From the IMG/VR virus record IMGVR_UViG_2778261176_000015: a stretch of 8,534 nt of DNA; one strand, 5' to 3'. This document shows, one piece after another, positions 1 through 7,702 of the stretch. The stretch's first letter is position 1. Every line of letters starts with the position of its first letter. The notes beneath the pieces were generated by a model that saw only the letters and a list, made by a program, of their open reading frames with translations, was not told where the DNA came from and did no database searches. The DNA comes from a virus. Lineage: Duplodnaviria > Heunggongvirae > Uroviricota > Caudoviricetes. The position numbers and the translations under genes were made by a program.

Positions 1-219
1 TCACATCCACATAATTTGCTGCCCTGACGGCAACGGGTGCGGCCTTACGGCGTGGACTTCTCCCGGCTTCACGATGTATCTCTGTACCGACTCATAGGTG
101 ATGAACGTGGCGCTGCAATTCACGTTCTGACACTGGTGATAACGCTCTTTTGTCGTGTCAGTGATATAGCGGCTTGTACGCGCATGTGCGGCATGCTGGC
201 ATAAAGGACAATGAAACAT
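1..219 (-). CDS. ogr: Ogr/Delta-family zinc-finger late-gene transcription activator (72 aa)
   Basis: Translation MFHCPLCQHAAHARTSRYITDTTKERYHQCQNVNC... carries the CxxC-N22-CxxxxC zinc-binding pattern of P2 Ogr. ATG at 217-219, TGA at 1-3. SD-like GGAAGAGG lies 8 nt upstream. The ORF track's longer 97-aa form (from 294) has no better start context, so I take the internal Met. Confidence 0.88.
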   Translation of the reverse strand: MFHCPLCQHAAHARTSRYITDTTKERYHQCQNVNCSATFITYESVQRYIVKPGEVHAVRPHPLPSGQQIMWM

Positions 220-253
220 CGCGAGCACCTCTTCCGGTTTTGTTGATAGTGCC

Positions 254-282
254 ATTTTAGTTAATTTATCCTTATAAAACAA
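254..282 (-). promoter_or_regulatory. Candidate sigma70 promoter for ogr (TTGTTT-N17-TAAAAT on minus strand)
   Basis: On the minus strand the -35-like TTGTTT (277-282) and -10 TAAAAT (254-259) are 17 nt apart, about 35 nt upstream of the ogr ATG in the D-ogr intergenic gap. Hexamer match only. Confidence 0.3.
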
Positions 283-300
283 ACAGATAAACAAAATACA

Positions 301-1464
301 TCACTCATAATCTTCTGTTTCGTACTCCACATCAGAAAGCCTGACCTCAAGCTCTAAGGACGTCGTGAAGCCGCTATTATTCAGAAAATGTGTCACCTTA
401 GTGATTGTCCAGTCCTGCTCGTCTATGACGCGCTTAAAGCCTGACACTCTGACCGGTGTTTCCGTGTAAATATCTGCACGACCGGTAGCCAGGATGATGG
501 AGAACTCCGCAACGCCCCGTTGCAGTTTATCCCACTTCGCCTGAGCGGCACGCATAGCCTGCGCTTTTGTGGCATATACCGTGGTCAGGGCAAAAACGTT
601 GTCAGCTTCACCTGCCATGTATTCACCTTCGCGCGCTTCCGGTGCTTTTGGCGCTTTCTTCTGCGTGACCGGTTTCGCTTTCGGGTGCTCCAGTGCGCGC
701 AGGTGTTTCTCTTTCTTTTTGCGTTTCAGTTTTACCTTCTGCTTTTGTGGCTTCGGGTCTTTGGTGTGAAGCCACTTTGCCGTTACGCCGGTATAGGCTC
801 CACGGTCAGCAATCGCAAAATGATGACGGTCACCGTCGCTGCGGGTGATGGTAATCTGCGGGATTTTTTTACCGCTGGCCGTCACCCCCTGCCCCGCTTT
901 GAGAAACAACAGTTTTCCCATTTTTACCGACACCTCACCGCCGTTGCGTTCTGCAAGACGGGTCAGAAATTTCGCATCAGACTCCTGCGACTGGTCGATG
1001 TGCGGGATTTTAATTCCGGCCAGTGACGGAGCGACACTGGCTTCCAGCCTGTTACGGGAGGCTATCGCCTCAACAATCGCACCGAGCGTGGTGTCATGCC
1101 ATGAGCCTTCCCGGCGGGAATTGAGCGTCCCGCGAAAATCTGCACTCCGGGCACGGATGGTGACCACATCCGGCGCGCCCCGGTGTTCAACCTCATCAAC
1201 GGTAAATTTCCCTTTGCATACCAGGGCAAAACCTTTCCAGCCGATATACACCGTCAGGACAGCGCCACGAACCGGCAGCCCGACCTGCCCGTCGGCATCG
1301 TTCAGTTCAATATCAAGCTGGTCAGCCTCAAAGCCCCGGTTATCCGTCAGGGTCATGCTCATCAGACGGTCGCTGATATTGCCGGTAATATCCCTGCTGT
1401 CGAGCATCAGCATGTAATCCGGCGTCAGCGTACTGCCTGCATCAAATGTCAGCGTATCCAGCAT
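301..1464 (-). CDS. D: Tail protein gpD (phage late control D / baseplate hub-like family), 387 aa
   Basis: 387-aa ORF at the position and length I recall for P2 gpD. Its ATG (1462-1464) overlaps the gpU stop (TAATG), indicating translational coupling. Contains a Lys-rich low-complexity linker. Confidence 0.88.
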   Translation of the reverse strand: MLDTLTFDAGSTLTPDYMLMLDSRDITGNISDRLMSMTLTDNRGFEADQLDIELNDADGQVGLPVRGAVLTVYIGWKGFALVCKGKFTVDEVEHRGAPDVVTIRARSADFRGTLNSRREGSWHDTTLGAIVEAIASRNRLEASVAPSLAGIKIPHIDQSQESDAKFLTRLAERNGGEVSVKMGKLLFLKAGQGVTASGKKIPQITITRSDGDRHHFAIADRGAYTGVTAKWLHTKDPKPQKQKVKLKRKKKEKHLRALEHPKAKPVTQKKAPKAPEAREGEYMAGEADNVFALTTVYATKAQAMRAAQAKWDKLQRGVAEFSIILATGRADIYTETPVRVSGFKRVIDEQDWTITKVTHFLNNSGFTTSLELEVRLSDVEYETEDYE

Positions 1465-1943
1465 TATCCCGCCCCCGTCATACCCGTGAATTTAGTTGCC
1501 ATACTGCCCGCCTTACCGATGAGCGATTCCGCCTGTTTACCGATATCGCCATAAAGCGCGGCCAGTGATTCATCAACGCGGGTAAGTGACAGCGTAAAAT
1601 CAATTTTCCGGGGTGTGCCGTCGGCAAAGAAAATACTCCCTGTTTCACTCACCCTGCTGATGACATACATGCCGTAAATCATGCCGGTGCCATCCAGCAA
1701 CGGCCACGCCCGGCCTTCCTCTGCCATCAGCCTGAGCGTGGTCATCGTCAGCTTTCCGCCGGTCAGTTCGGGATAAAGCACACCGGCAAGCGTGATGTTT
1801 TCCTCGCCAACGCCGAGAAACTGGTAGGCATCCCGTTTACCGATACGGGAATTTGACGGCCAGCGATAATCAGATTCACGCTGCATGGTCTGGTGTGGCA
1901 ACGTCTGGCGCATAAAAACAAACATACCTAACGCGAGCATCAT
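1464..1943 (-). CDS. U: Tail protein gpU (P2 gpU family), 159 aa
   Basis: 159-aa ORF between T and D, matching P2 gpU in position and length. Strong SD GGAGGTGA 6 nt upstream of the ATG at 1941-1943. Confidence 0.88.
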   Translation of the reverse strand: MMLALGMFVFMRQTLPHQTMQRESDYRWPSNSRIGKRDAYQFLGVGEENITLAGVLYPELTGGKLTMTTLRLMAEEGRAWPLLDGTGMIYGMYVISRVSETGSIFFADGTPRKIDFTLSLTRVDESLAALYGDIGKQAESLIGKAGSMATKFTGMTGAG

Positions 1944-1957
1944 TTTTCGTCACCTCC

Positions 1958-4405
1958 TTAACCGTCATGCATCATGCTGGCACGGGCGCGCGCACGTTTA
2001 TCCCGCTCGTATTTTTCGAGCGCATCCTGTAACTGGCGGTCAAGCTGTGTCCCCGGCGCAGTACCGCCCGTCAGGTTGATGTGATATTCGTTTTTACTCT
2101 GGTCCACATAAGAGCGACCAGCCGGTGCCGTGACCGGCTGATAAGCCTGATAGCCTGCATAAGAGCTGGTCGCCGGAATATAACCGCCGGTGCCATACGT
2201 GGCGGCATGAGTCCTTGCGGCGGTCTGGTCAAGTGTGTCTGACTCTTTGTTGATAACACCGAGTTTTTCCAGTACCCAGTCAATACCGCTGCGCAGTTTG
2301 TTGAACGCATTAAGCGGCAGCATCAGCGCGTCAGCCAGTGCCTGCCCGAACATGACGCCCGTGTCACGGCAACGGTTCAGGGTGTCCTGGGTGGCTTTAA
2401 CCGGGGCAATCAGGTTTTTAAACCACTGCCACGCGGCCTGTAACTTTTCACCCAGCCAGTCAAACAGCGGCTTAAGTGGCGTGAACAGTTCCCCCACCGG
2501 CGCAAATGCCGCTTTCAGCCCTTCAACCACACCGCCAAAGAATGCGCTGACAGGCTCCCAGTATTTACGGATAAGTAACGCTCCGGCGACAATGGCGGCC
2601 ACCACGGCCACTACCGGCCAGCTAATCGCCCCGATGGCCGTCATAACGGCACTGCCAACCGTCGTGAAAATTGCCCCCATTGCGCCTGCTGCAGCGATGA
2701 TGGCATTGATGCCGGTGATAACCGGCCAGGCTACAAGACCAATTGCACCGATGATGCCAGTAAGCGCCAGTGCGCCACCGGCAATGATGCCGATGGTTGA
2801 CGCCAGTGATTTGTTTTTCTGGATCCAGCCGTCGAGTTTTAACACATACTTTGTGGCCGTCTGCGTGAGCTTACGCAGTGCGCCTTCCTGCTGGTCAAAC
2901 AGGTCAGTCCCCACCGCCTCATAAGCGGACTGAAACTCCTTAAAGTCACCGCCTAGGTTGTCCTGCATGATATTTACCAGCTCGGCGGTCTTCCCGTCTG
3001 AGGCTTTAAACGCAGCGGTCAGTTTGTCCAGCTTTCCGGTTGAGGCGGCAGTCATCAGCACGGCGGCGGCTGAGCTGGCCTCCTCCCCGAAAATAGTTTT
3101 CATGTATTCAGCCTGCTGGGCAGTACCGAGCCGGTTTTTCTCAAAACTGGCCTGCATTTCTTTCAGAATGGTAAATACTGGCCGGGTGTTTCCCTTGCTG
3201 TCTGAGGTTTTCACACCAAGCTCTTTCAGTGCATCCCATGCTTTTCCCGTCGGTGCCTGCAGACGGCTTAACACGGCACGGCTTCCCGTCCCCGCCATTG
3301 AACCGGTAATTTTTGCATCATGCAGCGCCCCGACCATTGCGGCGGTTTCTTCAATGCTGACACCGGCATTTTTTGCCACAGGTGCGGCATAGGTCAGCGC
3401 ATCGCTCATACCGTCAAAATCGGCGGCGGTTTTGTTCATCGTCATGGAGAGAACATCCCCGATATGAGCGACCTTATCGTTTGAAAGCTGAAAGGCGGAT
3501 TTCATCCCCATCAGCAGGGCGGCGTTTTCTTCCATCGTGCGGCGGTTCGCCAGTGCCATATTCAGCGTGACCGGCGTTGCCGCCTGAATAGCCGCAACAT
3601 CTCCACCCGCTTTCGCAATGATAATCTGCGCACCGGCCGCATCATCCGCTGAGGCGGCGGTGTTGTCACCGAGCTGGCGCGCCTGCTTGCGTAGTGCAGC
3701 CATTTCGGCGGAGTCTTTTGCCACTCCGAGCACGGCCTGCAATTCTGAGTTTTTCTGCGCAAACTCATAACCGGGCATCAGCAACTTAACTCCGGTCATC
3801 GTTCCCGCCGCCGCAATCCCCACACCGGCAGCGCCTACTGAGGCCATATTTCCGGCCAGTTCCTTTCCGGCCTGATAACGCTGTTTGACTGCGTTAAGTT
3901 TTGCCTGTTGCGCACTGACACGCGCCAGCGCGTCGCGCTGACGGTTAAGCTGTGCGGTGGTTTCACTGATACGGTTTTTCAGTCCCTGCTCATCATGTGC
4001 AAGATTGCGGGTATTAATTCCCACAGCGGCCAGTTCCCGCTGCTGGCGTTTAACGGAATCCGTCAGGCGGTTATATTTCGCCTGTAAGTCCTCCGCCGCT
4101 CGCTTTGCGGATTCCAGCACTTTCGCCTGAGCACGGGTCGGACGTTCGGTGTTTTTAAACTGTGTGGCAAGGGCTTCGGCTTCCTGCCGAGCCTTTTCAA
4201 GTGCATGACCAGTCACGGCGAGCTGTGCACTGGTCTTGCGAAATCCCTCAATACGGGATGCCTGACCGTTCAGCTCGCGCAGTGATTTTTGTGTTTCCCG
4301 GATATCCCCCGACAGCGACTTACTCGCTGTGCGGATGGATTTAAACGGGCGGGATGCCTGGTCAACAGCCCTGAGCAATACCTGTAATTTTACATTGTTA
4401 CTCAT
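1958..4405 (-). CDS. T: Tail tape measure protein gpT, 815 aa
   Basis: 815-aa ORF with an Ala/Gln/Arg-rich helical N-terminal half and a long Gly/Ala/Ile-rich hydrophobic segment (about aa 533-612), typical of tape measure proteins. Its ATG (4403-4405) overlaps the E' stop (ATGAGTAA). Confidence 0.9.
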   Translation of the reverse strand: MSNNVKLQVLLRAVDQASRPFKSIRTASKSLSGDIRETQKSLRELNGQASRIEGFRKTSAQLAVTGHALEKARQEAEALATQFKNTERPTRAQAKVLESAKRAAEDLQAKYNRLTDSVKRQQRELAAVGINTRNLAHDEQGLKNRISETTAQLNRQRDALARVSAQQAKLNAVKQRYQAGKELAGNMASVGAAGVGIAAAGTMTGVKLLMPGYEFAQKNSELQAVLGVAKDSAEMAALRKQARQLGDNTAASADDAAGAQIIIAKAGGDVAAIQAATPVTLNMALANRRTMEENAALLMGMKSAFQLSNDKVAHIGDVLSMTMNKTAADFDGMSDALTYAAPVAKNAGVSIEETAAMVGALHDAKITGSMAGTGSRAVLSRLQAPTGKAWDALKELGVKTSDSKGNTRPVFTILKEMQASFEKNRLGTAQQAEYMKTIFGEEASSAAAVLMTAASTGKLDKLTAAFKASDGKTAELVNIMQDNLGGDFKEFQSAYEAVGTDLFDQQEGALRKLTQTATKYVLKLDGWIQKNKSLASTIGIIAGGALALTGIIGAIGLVAWPVITGINAIIAAAGAMGAIFTTVGSAVMTAIGAISWPVVAVVAAIVAGALLIRKYWEPVSAFFGGVVEGLKAAFAPVGELFTPLKPLFDWLGEKLQAAWQWFKNLIAPVKATQDTLNRCRDTGVMFGQALADALMLPLNAFNKLRSGIDWVLEKLGVINKESDTLDQTAARTHAATYGTGGYIPATSSYAGYQAYQPVTAPAGRSYVDQSKNEYHINLTGGTAPGTQLDRQLQDALEKYERDKRARARASMMHDG

Positions 4406-4825
4406 TCGTGTTTCCGCTTCGCCGGAGCGCCTTTTCGCGCCATGTGATGAGTTCGGTCAGGCTCATGGGATACAGTTCTGATGGCGGCCAGTGAAATATC
4501 ACAGCCACATCCGCCATCAGGTCATCGACCGAGAGATTTTTCGGAAACGTCACTGCACCGAGTTCGGCGACAAAAAACCGACCACCTTACCGGCCAGCGC
4601 CACAAGGTCAGGCAGTTCCAGCGCGGCGACTTCCTGCTCGGTCAGCATCGGTGCCGTCATGCGCGGCAGCACTTTAATCAGTGCATCGACTTCGGAGTTT
4701 GCGACCGCAGCCAGACTGACACCGCGCAGCGTCCCCGCATTGGGTTTCATCAGCGTGACCTGTTCGATAACCTGCTCACCACGTTTGACCGGATTGTCCA
4801 GGGTAATGACATTTTCTTTGTTCAT
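4398..4825 (-). CDS. E+E': Tail assembly chaperone E+E' fusion produced by programmed -1 ribosomal frameshift (predicted 142 aa)
   Basis: Slippery heptamer T_TTT_TTG at 4571-4577 (minus strand) in the E frame. After a -1 slip the reading continues as VAELGAVTFPKNLSVDDLMADVAVIFHWPPSELYPMSLTELITWREKALRRSGNTNE to TAA at 4398-4400. That gives 85 + 57 = 142 aa, matching my recollection of P2 E+E'. Confidence 0.8.
4550..4825 (-). CDS. E: Tail assembly chaperone gpE (91 aa), zero-frame product
   Basis: 91-aa ORF directly upstream of T ending ...AGKVVGFLSPNSVQ. ATG at 4823-4825, TGA at 4550-4552. Position and length match P2 gpE. Confidence 0.85.
   Translation of the reverse strand: MNKENVITLDNPVKRGEQVIEQVTLMKPNAGTLRGVSLAAVANSEVDALIKVLPRMTAPMLTEQEVAALELPDLVALAGKVVGFLSPNSVQ
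4571..4577 (-). promoter_or_regulatory. -1 programmed ribosomal frameshift slippery heptamer (TTTTTTG)
   Basis: Plus-strand caaaaaa at 4571-4577 is TTTTTTG on the coding strand, in X_XXY_YYZ register with the E frame (GGT TTT TTG), 6 codons before the E stop. Confidence 0.75.
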
Positions 4826-4853
4826 GGTTTTCTCACTTCTGAATCAGGGTTAA

Positions 4854-4874
4854 CCGGTCAGCCAGGCTGACCGG
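4854..4874 (-). promoter_or_regulatory. Perfect 10-bp GC-rich inverted repeat (CCGGTCAGCC-a-GGCTGACCGG) in the FII-E intergenic gap; candidate RNA stem-loop
   Basis: Read directly: 4854-4863 and 4865-4874 are exact reverse complements, located 8 nt after the FII stop and about 30 nt before the E start. No U-run follows on the transcript strand, so not a canonical intrinsic terminator. Confidence 0.35.
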
Positions 4875-4881
4875 ATGAAAA

Positions 4882-5400
4882 TCACAGGCCGATATTGCGG
4901 CGGTGTTGCTCCAGCCGGTCGACGCCGTTCACCTTCTCAATCATGTTGATGGTGTCGATTTCGACCAGCTCCTTACCGTCCATCGTCAGCCGGAAATAGG
5001 TGCAGACCACGGAGATTTTCGACTCGGTATCTTCTCCCTGTTTCCCCTCGCCGGTGTCGATTTCTTTCTGACGTCCACGCATGACCACCTCGACGGCCAC
5101 CGTTTCGCCGGTATCGTCGCGCTGGTAAGAGCCTGCAAAACGAATCGGTACGGCATCCACACCGGTTGCGGCGTAAAGCTCCCAGATAACCGAATCCGGG
5201 AAGCCACCGAGCGACCACTCCATTGACAGCGCATCATCATCAAGGCCGAGGTCTACCGGGGCGCTGCCGTTCATCCCCGCACCGCGATAGTTTTCGAGCT
5301 TACGGGTCAGTTTTGGTAGCGTGACGGACTTCGCGACGCCCTGATAGCTGTAGCCGTTCAGAAAGACGTTCATTAACTTGAGTTTGCGCGGCATTGCCAT
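4882..5400 (-). CDS. FII: Tail tube protein gpFII, 172 aa
   Basis: 172-aa ORF immediately downstream of FI (12-nt gap with AGGAG SD). Position and length match P2 FII. Confidence 0.9.
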   Translation of the reverse strand: MAMPRKLKLMNVFLNGYSYQGVAKSVTLPKLTRKLENYRGAGMNGSAPVDLGLDDDALSMEWSLGGFPDSVIWELYAATGVDAVPIRFAGSYQRDDTGETVAVEVVMRGRQKEIDTGEGKQGEDTESKISVVCTYFRLTMDGKELVEIDTINMIEKVNGVDRLEQHRRNIGL

Positions 5401-5412
5401 CGGTCAGGCTCC

Positions 5413-6603
5413 TTAATTGCTGTTAACCGAGGTGACCAGATTTGCCAGGTATTTATCGGTAATACGCTGGCGCAGGGTCAGGTTTTCAAGAGGAGGCACC
5501 GGGGTATAGTCGTAGTCGATATACAGTTTTCCGGCCTTGAGGGTTTCCGCATCGTTGGATTCTTCACTGAACCAGCAGGTCGCATCCACGATATAGCCGT
5601 TTGTTTTCAGCTCTCGGAATTTGGCATTAATGCCATCAACGATGTCGCGAATCAGCGTTGCGGTGATGGGCTTGTCCACCGCCCACATGTGCGCCTCAGC
5701 CATCGTGTCGGCCAGCACCTGCGCGGTGCGGGTGTAGTTTTCAAAGAGGAACAGCGGGTCATCAGAGCAGGTACGGTTACCCCAGAAGCGGAAACCGTCA
5801 CGACGAATCAGCGTTGTGACACCTGACTCGTTCAGCAGGTCAGCATCGGTGCCGGACTCCTGCAAATCCCAGAATACAGAGGCGCTGATGCCGGTAACAC
5901 CGTTTACCCCGACGTTGGACAGCGTTTTATGCCAGCCCTGCTCCTGGTCAATTCTGGCACGCAGTCCCAGCGCACGGGCGGTGGCATACGCGGTGGCGGT
6001 GGTACTCGTGACCGTATCCCATGCGAGGAAATCCGGCCAGATGACCATCAGCTCACGCTGGCTGAAATTCTGGCGGTAGGCTTTCACCTCGGAAATGGTT
6101 TTACAGCCGCATGCACTGATATACCCGAAAGCGCGCAGCTTCTGACAGACTGATGCCAGTGCAACAGCCACCTCTTTGGTGTCCAGTCCCGGCACGCCGA
6201 GAATACGCGGTTTAACACCGGTTACCGACTCCGCCGCCAGCAGGGCTTTCAGTCCGGTGTACTGACCGTTTTCGTCGGTGGTGCCGATGATATTGGAAAC
6301 GGTCTGCGCGAGTTTCGTTTCCTCGTCGTCGCCGGTGCCGTCTTCCACACGTACGACAACGGTGACCGGTTTTGACTGGTCGGCGATGGCCTGCAACGAT
6401 GCCGCCAGCGTGCCTTTTTTACCGGCCTTTGCAATTGCACTCTGCACATTGGTAATCAGCACCGGTTTATTGAGGGGGAAGGTTTCCGCATCCGCATCGC
6501 TGGCCGTGCAGACCATGCCGACAATGGCAGTGGATACGGTGGAAATGACACGGGTGCCGTCGTTAATCTCCAGCACCTGCACGCCGTGATGATAGTCACT
6601 CAT
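5413..6603 (-). CDS. FI: Contractile tail sheath protein gpFI, 396 aa
   Basis: 396-aa ORF starting MSDYHHGVQVLEI..., which I recognise as P2 FI sheath. SD GGAG 8 nt upstream of the ATG at 6601-6603. Confidence 0.9.
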   Translation of the reverse strand: MSDYHHGVQVLEINDGTRVISTVSTAIVGMVCTASDADAETFPLNKPVLITNVQSAIAKAGKKGTLAASLQAIADQSKPVTVVVRVEDGTGDDEETKLAQTVSNIIGTTDENGQYTGLKALLAAESVTGVKPRILGVPGLDTKEVAVALASVCQKLRAFGYISACGCKTISEVKAYRQNFSQRELMVIWPDFLAWDTVTSTTATAYATARALGLRARIDQEQGWHKTLSNVGVNGVTGISASVFWDLQESGTDADLLNESGVTTLIRRDGFRFWGNRTCSDDPLFLFENYTRTAQVLADTMAEAHMWAVDKPITATLIRDIVDGINAKFRELKTNGYIVDATCWFSEESNDAETLKAGKLYIDYDYTPVPPLENLTLRQRITDKYLANLVTSVNSN

Positions 6604-6662
6604 CCGTTTAACTCCGTGGTTAATGGGTGAGTGATATTTTCAGTTGTGCCGGAGATGTCAGG

Positions 6663-7256
6663 CTATTTGTCCCGGTTGGCTAAGGGATGACACAATTTAT
6701 TCTTTGTCGCTGATGAGGGGAATTTTTTATAGAGCGTGGACAGGCCAATATCAAAAATCAGCGCCACACGTTGACGAGATTCCCCCGCAGCCAGCAACCG
6801 TCCGACCTGCTCCCACTCACTCGCGGTGAGTTTCGGACGTCTGCCACCAATACGACCTTTGGCTCTGGCTGCTTCCAGTCCGGCGCGTGTCCGCTCGACA
6901 ATGAGTTCTCGTTCCATTTCAGCCAGGGCACCCATCACATGAAAGAAAAAACGCCCCATCGGCGTGCTGGTATCAATGGCATCCGTCAGGCTGCGAAAAT
7001 TAATGCCGCGTTCGCGCAGCTCCTCAACCAGAATGACCAGATGCCGCATACTACGCCCCAGCCTGTCCAGCTTCCAGACTACCAGAGTGTCACCTGCTGA
7101 TAATGTTCTGAGCATTTTTTTCAGTCCCGGTCTGTCGGACTTCGTGCCGCTGATTTTATCCTCAAAAATCCGCTCGCATCCTGCGCACTCCATCGCGTTA
7201 CGCTGCAATTCCGTGTTCTGGTCATTTGTTGACACGCGTACATAGCCAATAAGCAT
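6663..7256 (-). CDS. Serine site-specific DNA invertase, Hin/Gin/Cin/Pin (Din) family, 197 aa
   Basis: N-terminus MLIGYVRVSTNDQ with the catalytic Ser, internal DTLVVWKLDRLGRS and MGRFFFHVMGALAEMERELIVERT motifs, and a C-terminal helix-turn-helix (GLSTLYKK). Start taken at the second ATG (7254-7256), which has AGGGGGA 5 nt upstream; the first ATG at 7262 abuts the SD with no spacer. Confidence 0.9.
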   Translation of the reverse strand: MLIGYVRVSTNDQNTELQRNAMECAGCERIFEDKISGTKSDRPGLKKMLRTLSAGDTLVVWKLDRLGRSMRHLVILVEELRERGINFRSLTDAIDTSTPMGRFFFHVMGALAEMERELIVERTRAGLEAARAKGRIGGRRPKLTASEWEQVGRLLAAGESRQRVALIFDIGLSTLYKKFPSSATKNKLCHPLANRDK

Positions 7257-7283
7257 GAGCATCCCCCTGAATAAAAACCGGAG

Positions 7284-7676
7284 ATGATGCCAGTTGCCCG
7301 TTATCTCTGCATTTTCATAAACGTTGGTTTGGGAGAAGCGGCTAAAAGGAATGTAGGGACAGGTGCGAATCAGCTACCTGATATGGGTAGTTTTATGCTT
7401 TCTGCTTCAGTTCCTGGATATCAAAAATTGCCATCCGGTTTAATTATTCAATGGGGGCCAATTGATGTTCCGCTGACGTCTCAGGACACAGTAACCTATT
7501 TTCCGATTGCATTTCCGAACAGATGTCTGCGGGTATTTGCGACTCAGGATTACACTCCCGGCAGTGCAAATGTTGGCTATATAGCTTGTGCCGGTTATAA
7601 CCAGGACCCGGTGAAATTTATTTCCAGAGCAGGCGTACCCGGTATCGGTGCTTCATTTTTCGCATTAGGGTGTTAA
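7284..7676 (+). CDS. Alternate (currently silent) tail-fibre C-terminal receptor-binding cassette; ORF fragment, about 130 codons
   Basis: Translation ...[29 protein letters not shown]...[23 protein letters not shown]... resembles phage tail-fibre tip domains. It points away from the late operon, and the nominal ATG has GGAG directly abutting it with no spacer, so it is probably expressed only after inversion fuses it to the constant fibre gene at the crossover site. Confidence 0.55.
   Translation: MMPVARYLCIFINVGLGEAAKRNVGTGANQLPDMGSFMLSASVPGYQKLPSGLIIQWGPIDVPLTSQDTVTYFPIAFPNRCLRVFATQDYTPGSANVGYIACAGYNQDPVKFISRAGVPGIGASFFALGC
7312..7337. other. 26-bp invertase crossover site (hix/gix/cix-like): TTCTCCCAAACC-AA-CGTTTATGAAAA on the minus strand
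   Basis: Imperfect 12-2-12 dyad with AAACC/GGTTT-type inner arms and an AA/TT core at 7324-7325. It lies 56 bp upstream of the invertase start and inside the 5' end of the silent tail-fibre ORF, encoding IFINVGLGE. Resemblance to Din-family sites is from memory. Confidence 0.6.
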
Positions 7677-7702
7677 TTTCTTTTAACTTTATGGAGTGAA
7701 AA

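Noticed and set aside
1-294. Longer 97-aa form of Ogr starting at 294
   Set aside because: The extra 25 residues run into the D-ogr intergenic promoter region. The conserved zinc-finger protein starts MFHCPLCQ at the internal ATG, which has the SD-like sequence.
2071-6449. Small minus-strand ORFs nested out of frame within T, FII and FI (2071-2310, 3562-3768, 4973-5218, 4986-5243, 6249-6449)
   Set aside because: They lie in alternative frames of strongly supported genes and have Arg-rich, compositionally biased products and no RBS.
6604-6720. Ogr-dependent late promoter (TGT-N12-ACA) or sigma70 promoter upstream of FI
   Set aside because: No TGT-N12-ACA dyad is present. The best sigma70-like hexamers (CTGACA ... 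TATCAC) have a 19-nt spacer. Not supportable from sequence alone.
520-7245. Numerous plus-strand ORFs of 60-230 aa overlapping the minus-strand tail genes and invertase (520-1026, 569-769, 845-1417, 1183-1554, 1885-2079, 2235-2924, 2958-3392, 3373-3570, 4162-4344, 4481-4870, 4491-4853, 4903-5226, 5816-6079, 5929-6153, 6278-6589, 6644-6829, 6771-7100, 6964-7245)
   Set aside because: These are antisense shadow ORFs inside well-supported genes. Their translations are low-complexity (Ser/Ala/Arg/Pro-rich) with no recognisable domains and no start context, as expected from the opposite strand of GC-rich coding sequence.
7260-7262. First ATG as invertase start (MLMLIG...)
   Set aside because: The AGGGGGA Shine-Dalgarno abuts this ATG with zero spacing. 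The second ATG, 6 nt downstream, has proper spacing and gives the family-typical N-terminus MLIGYVRVST.
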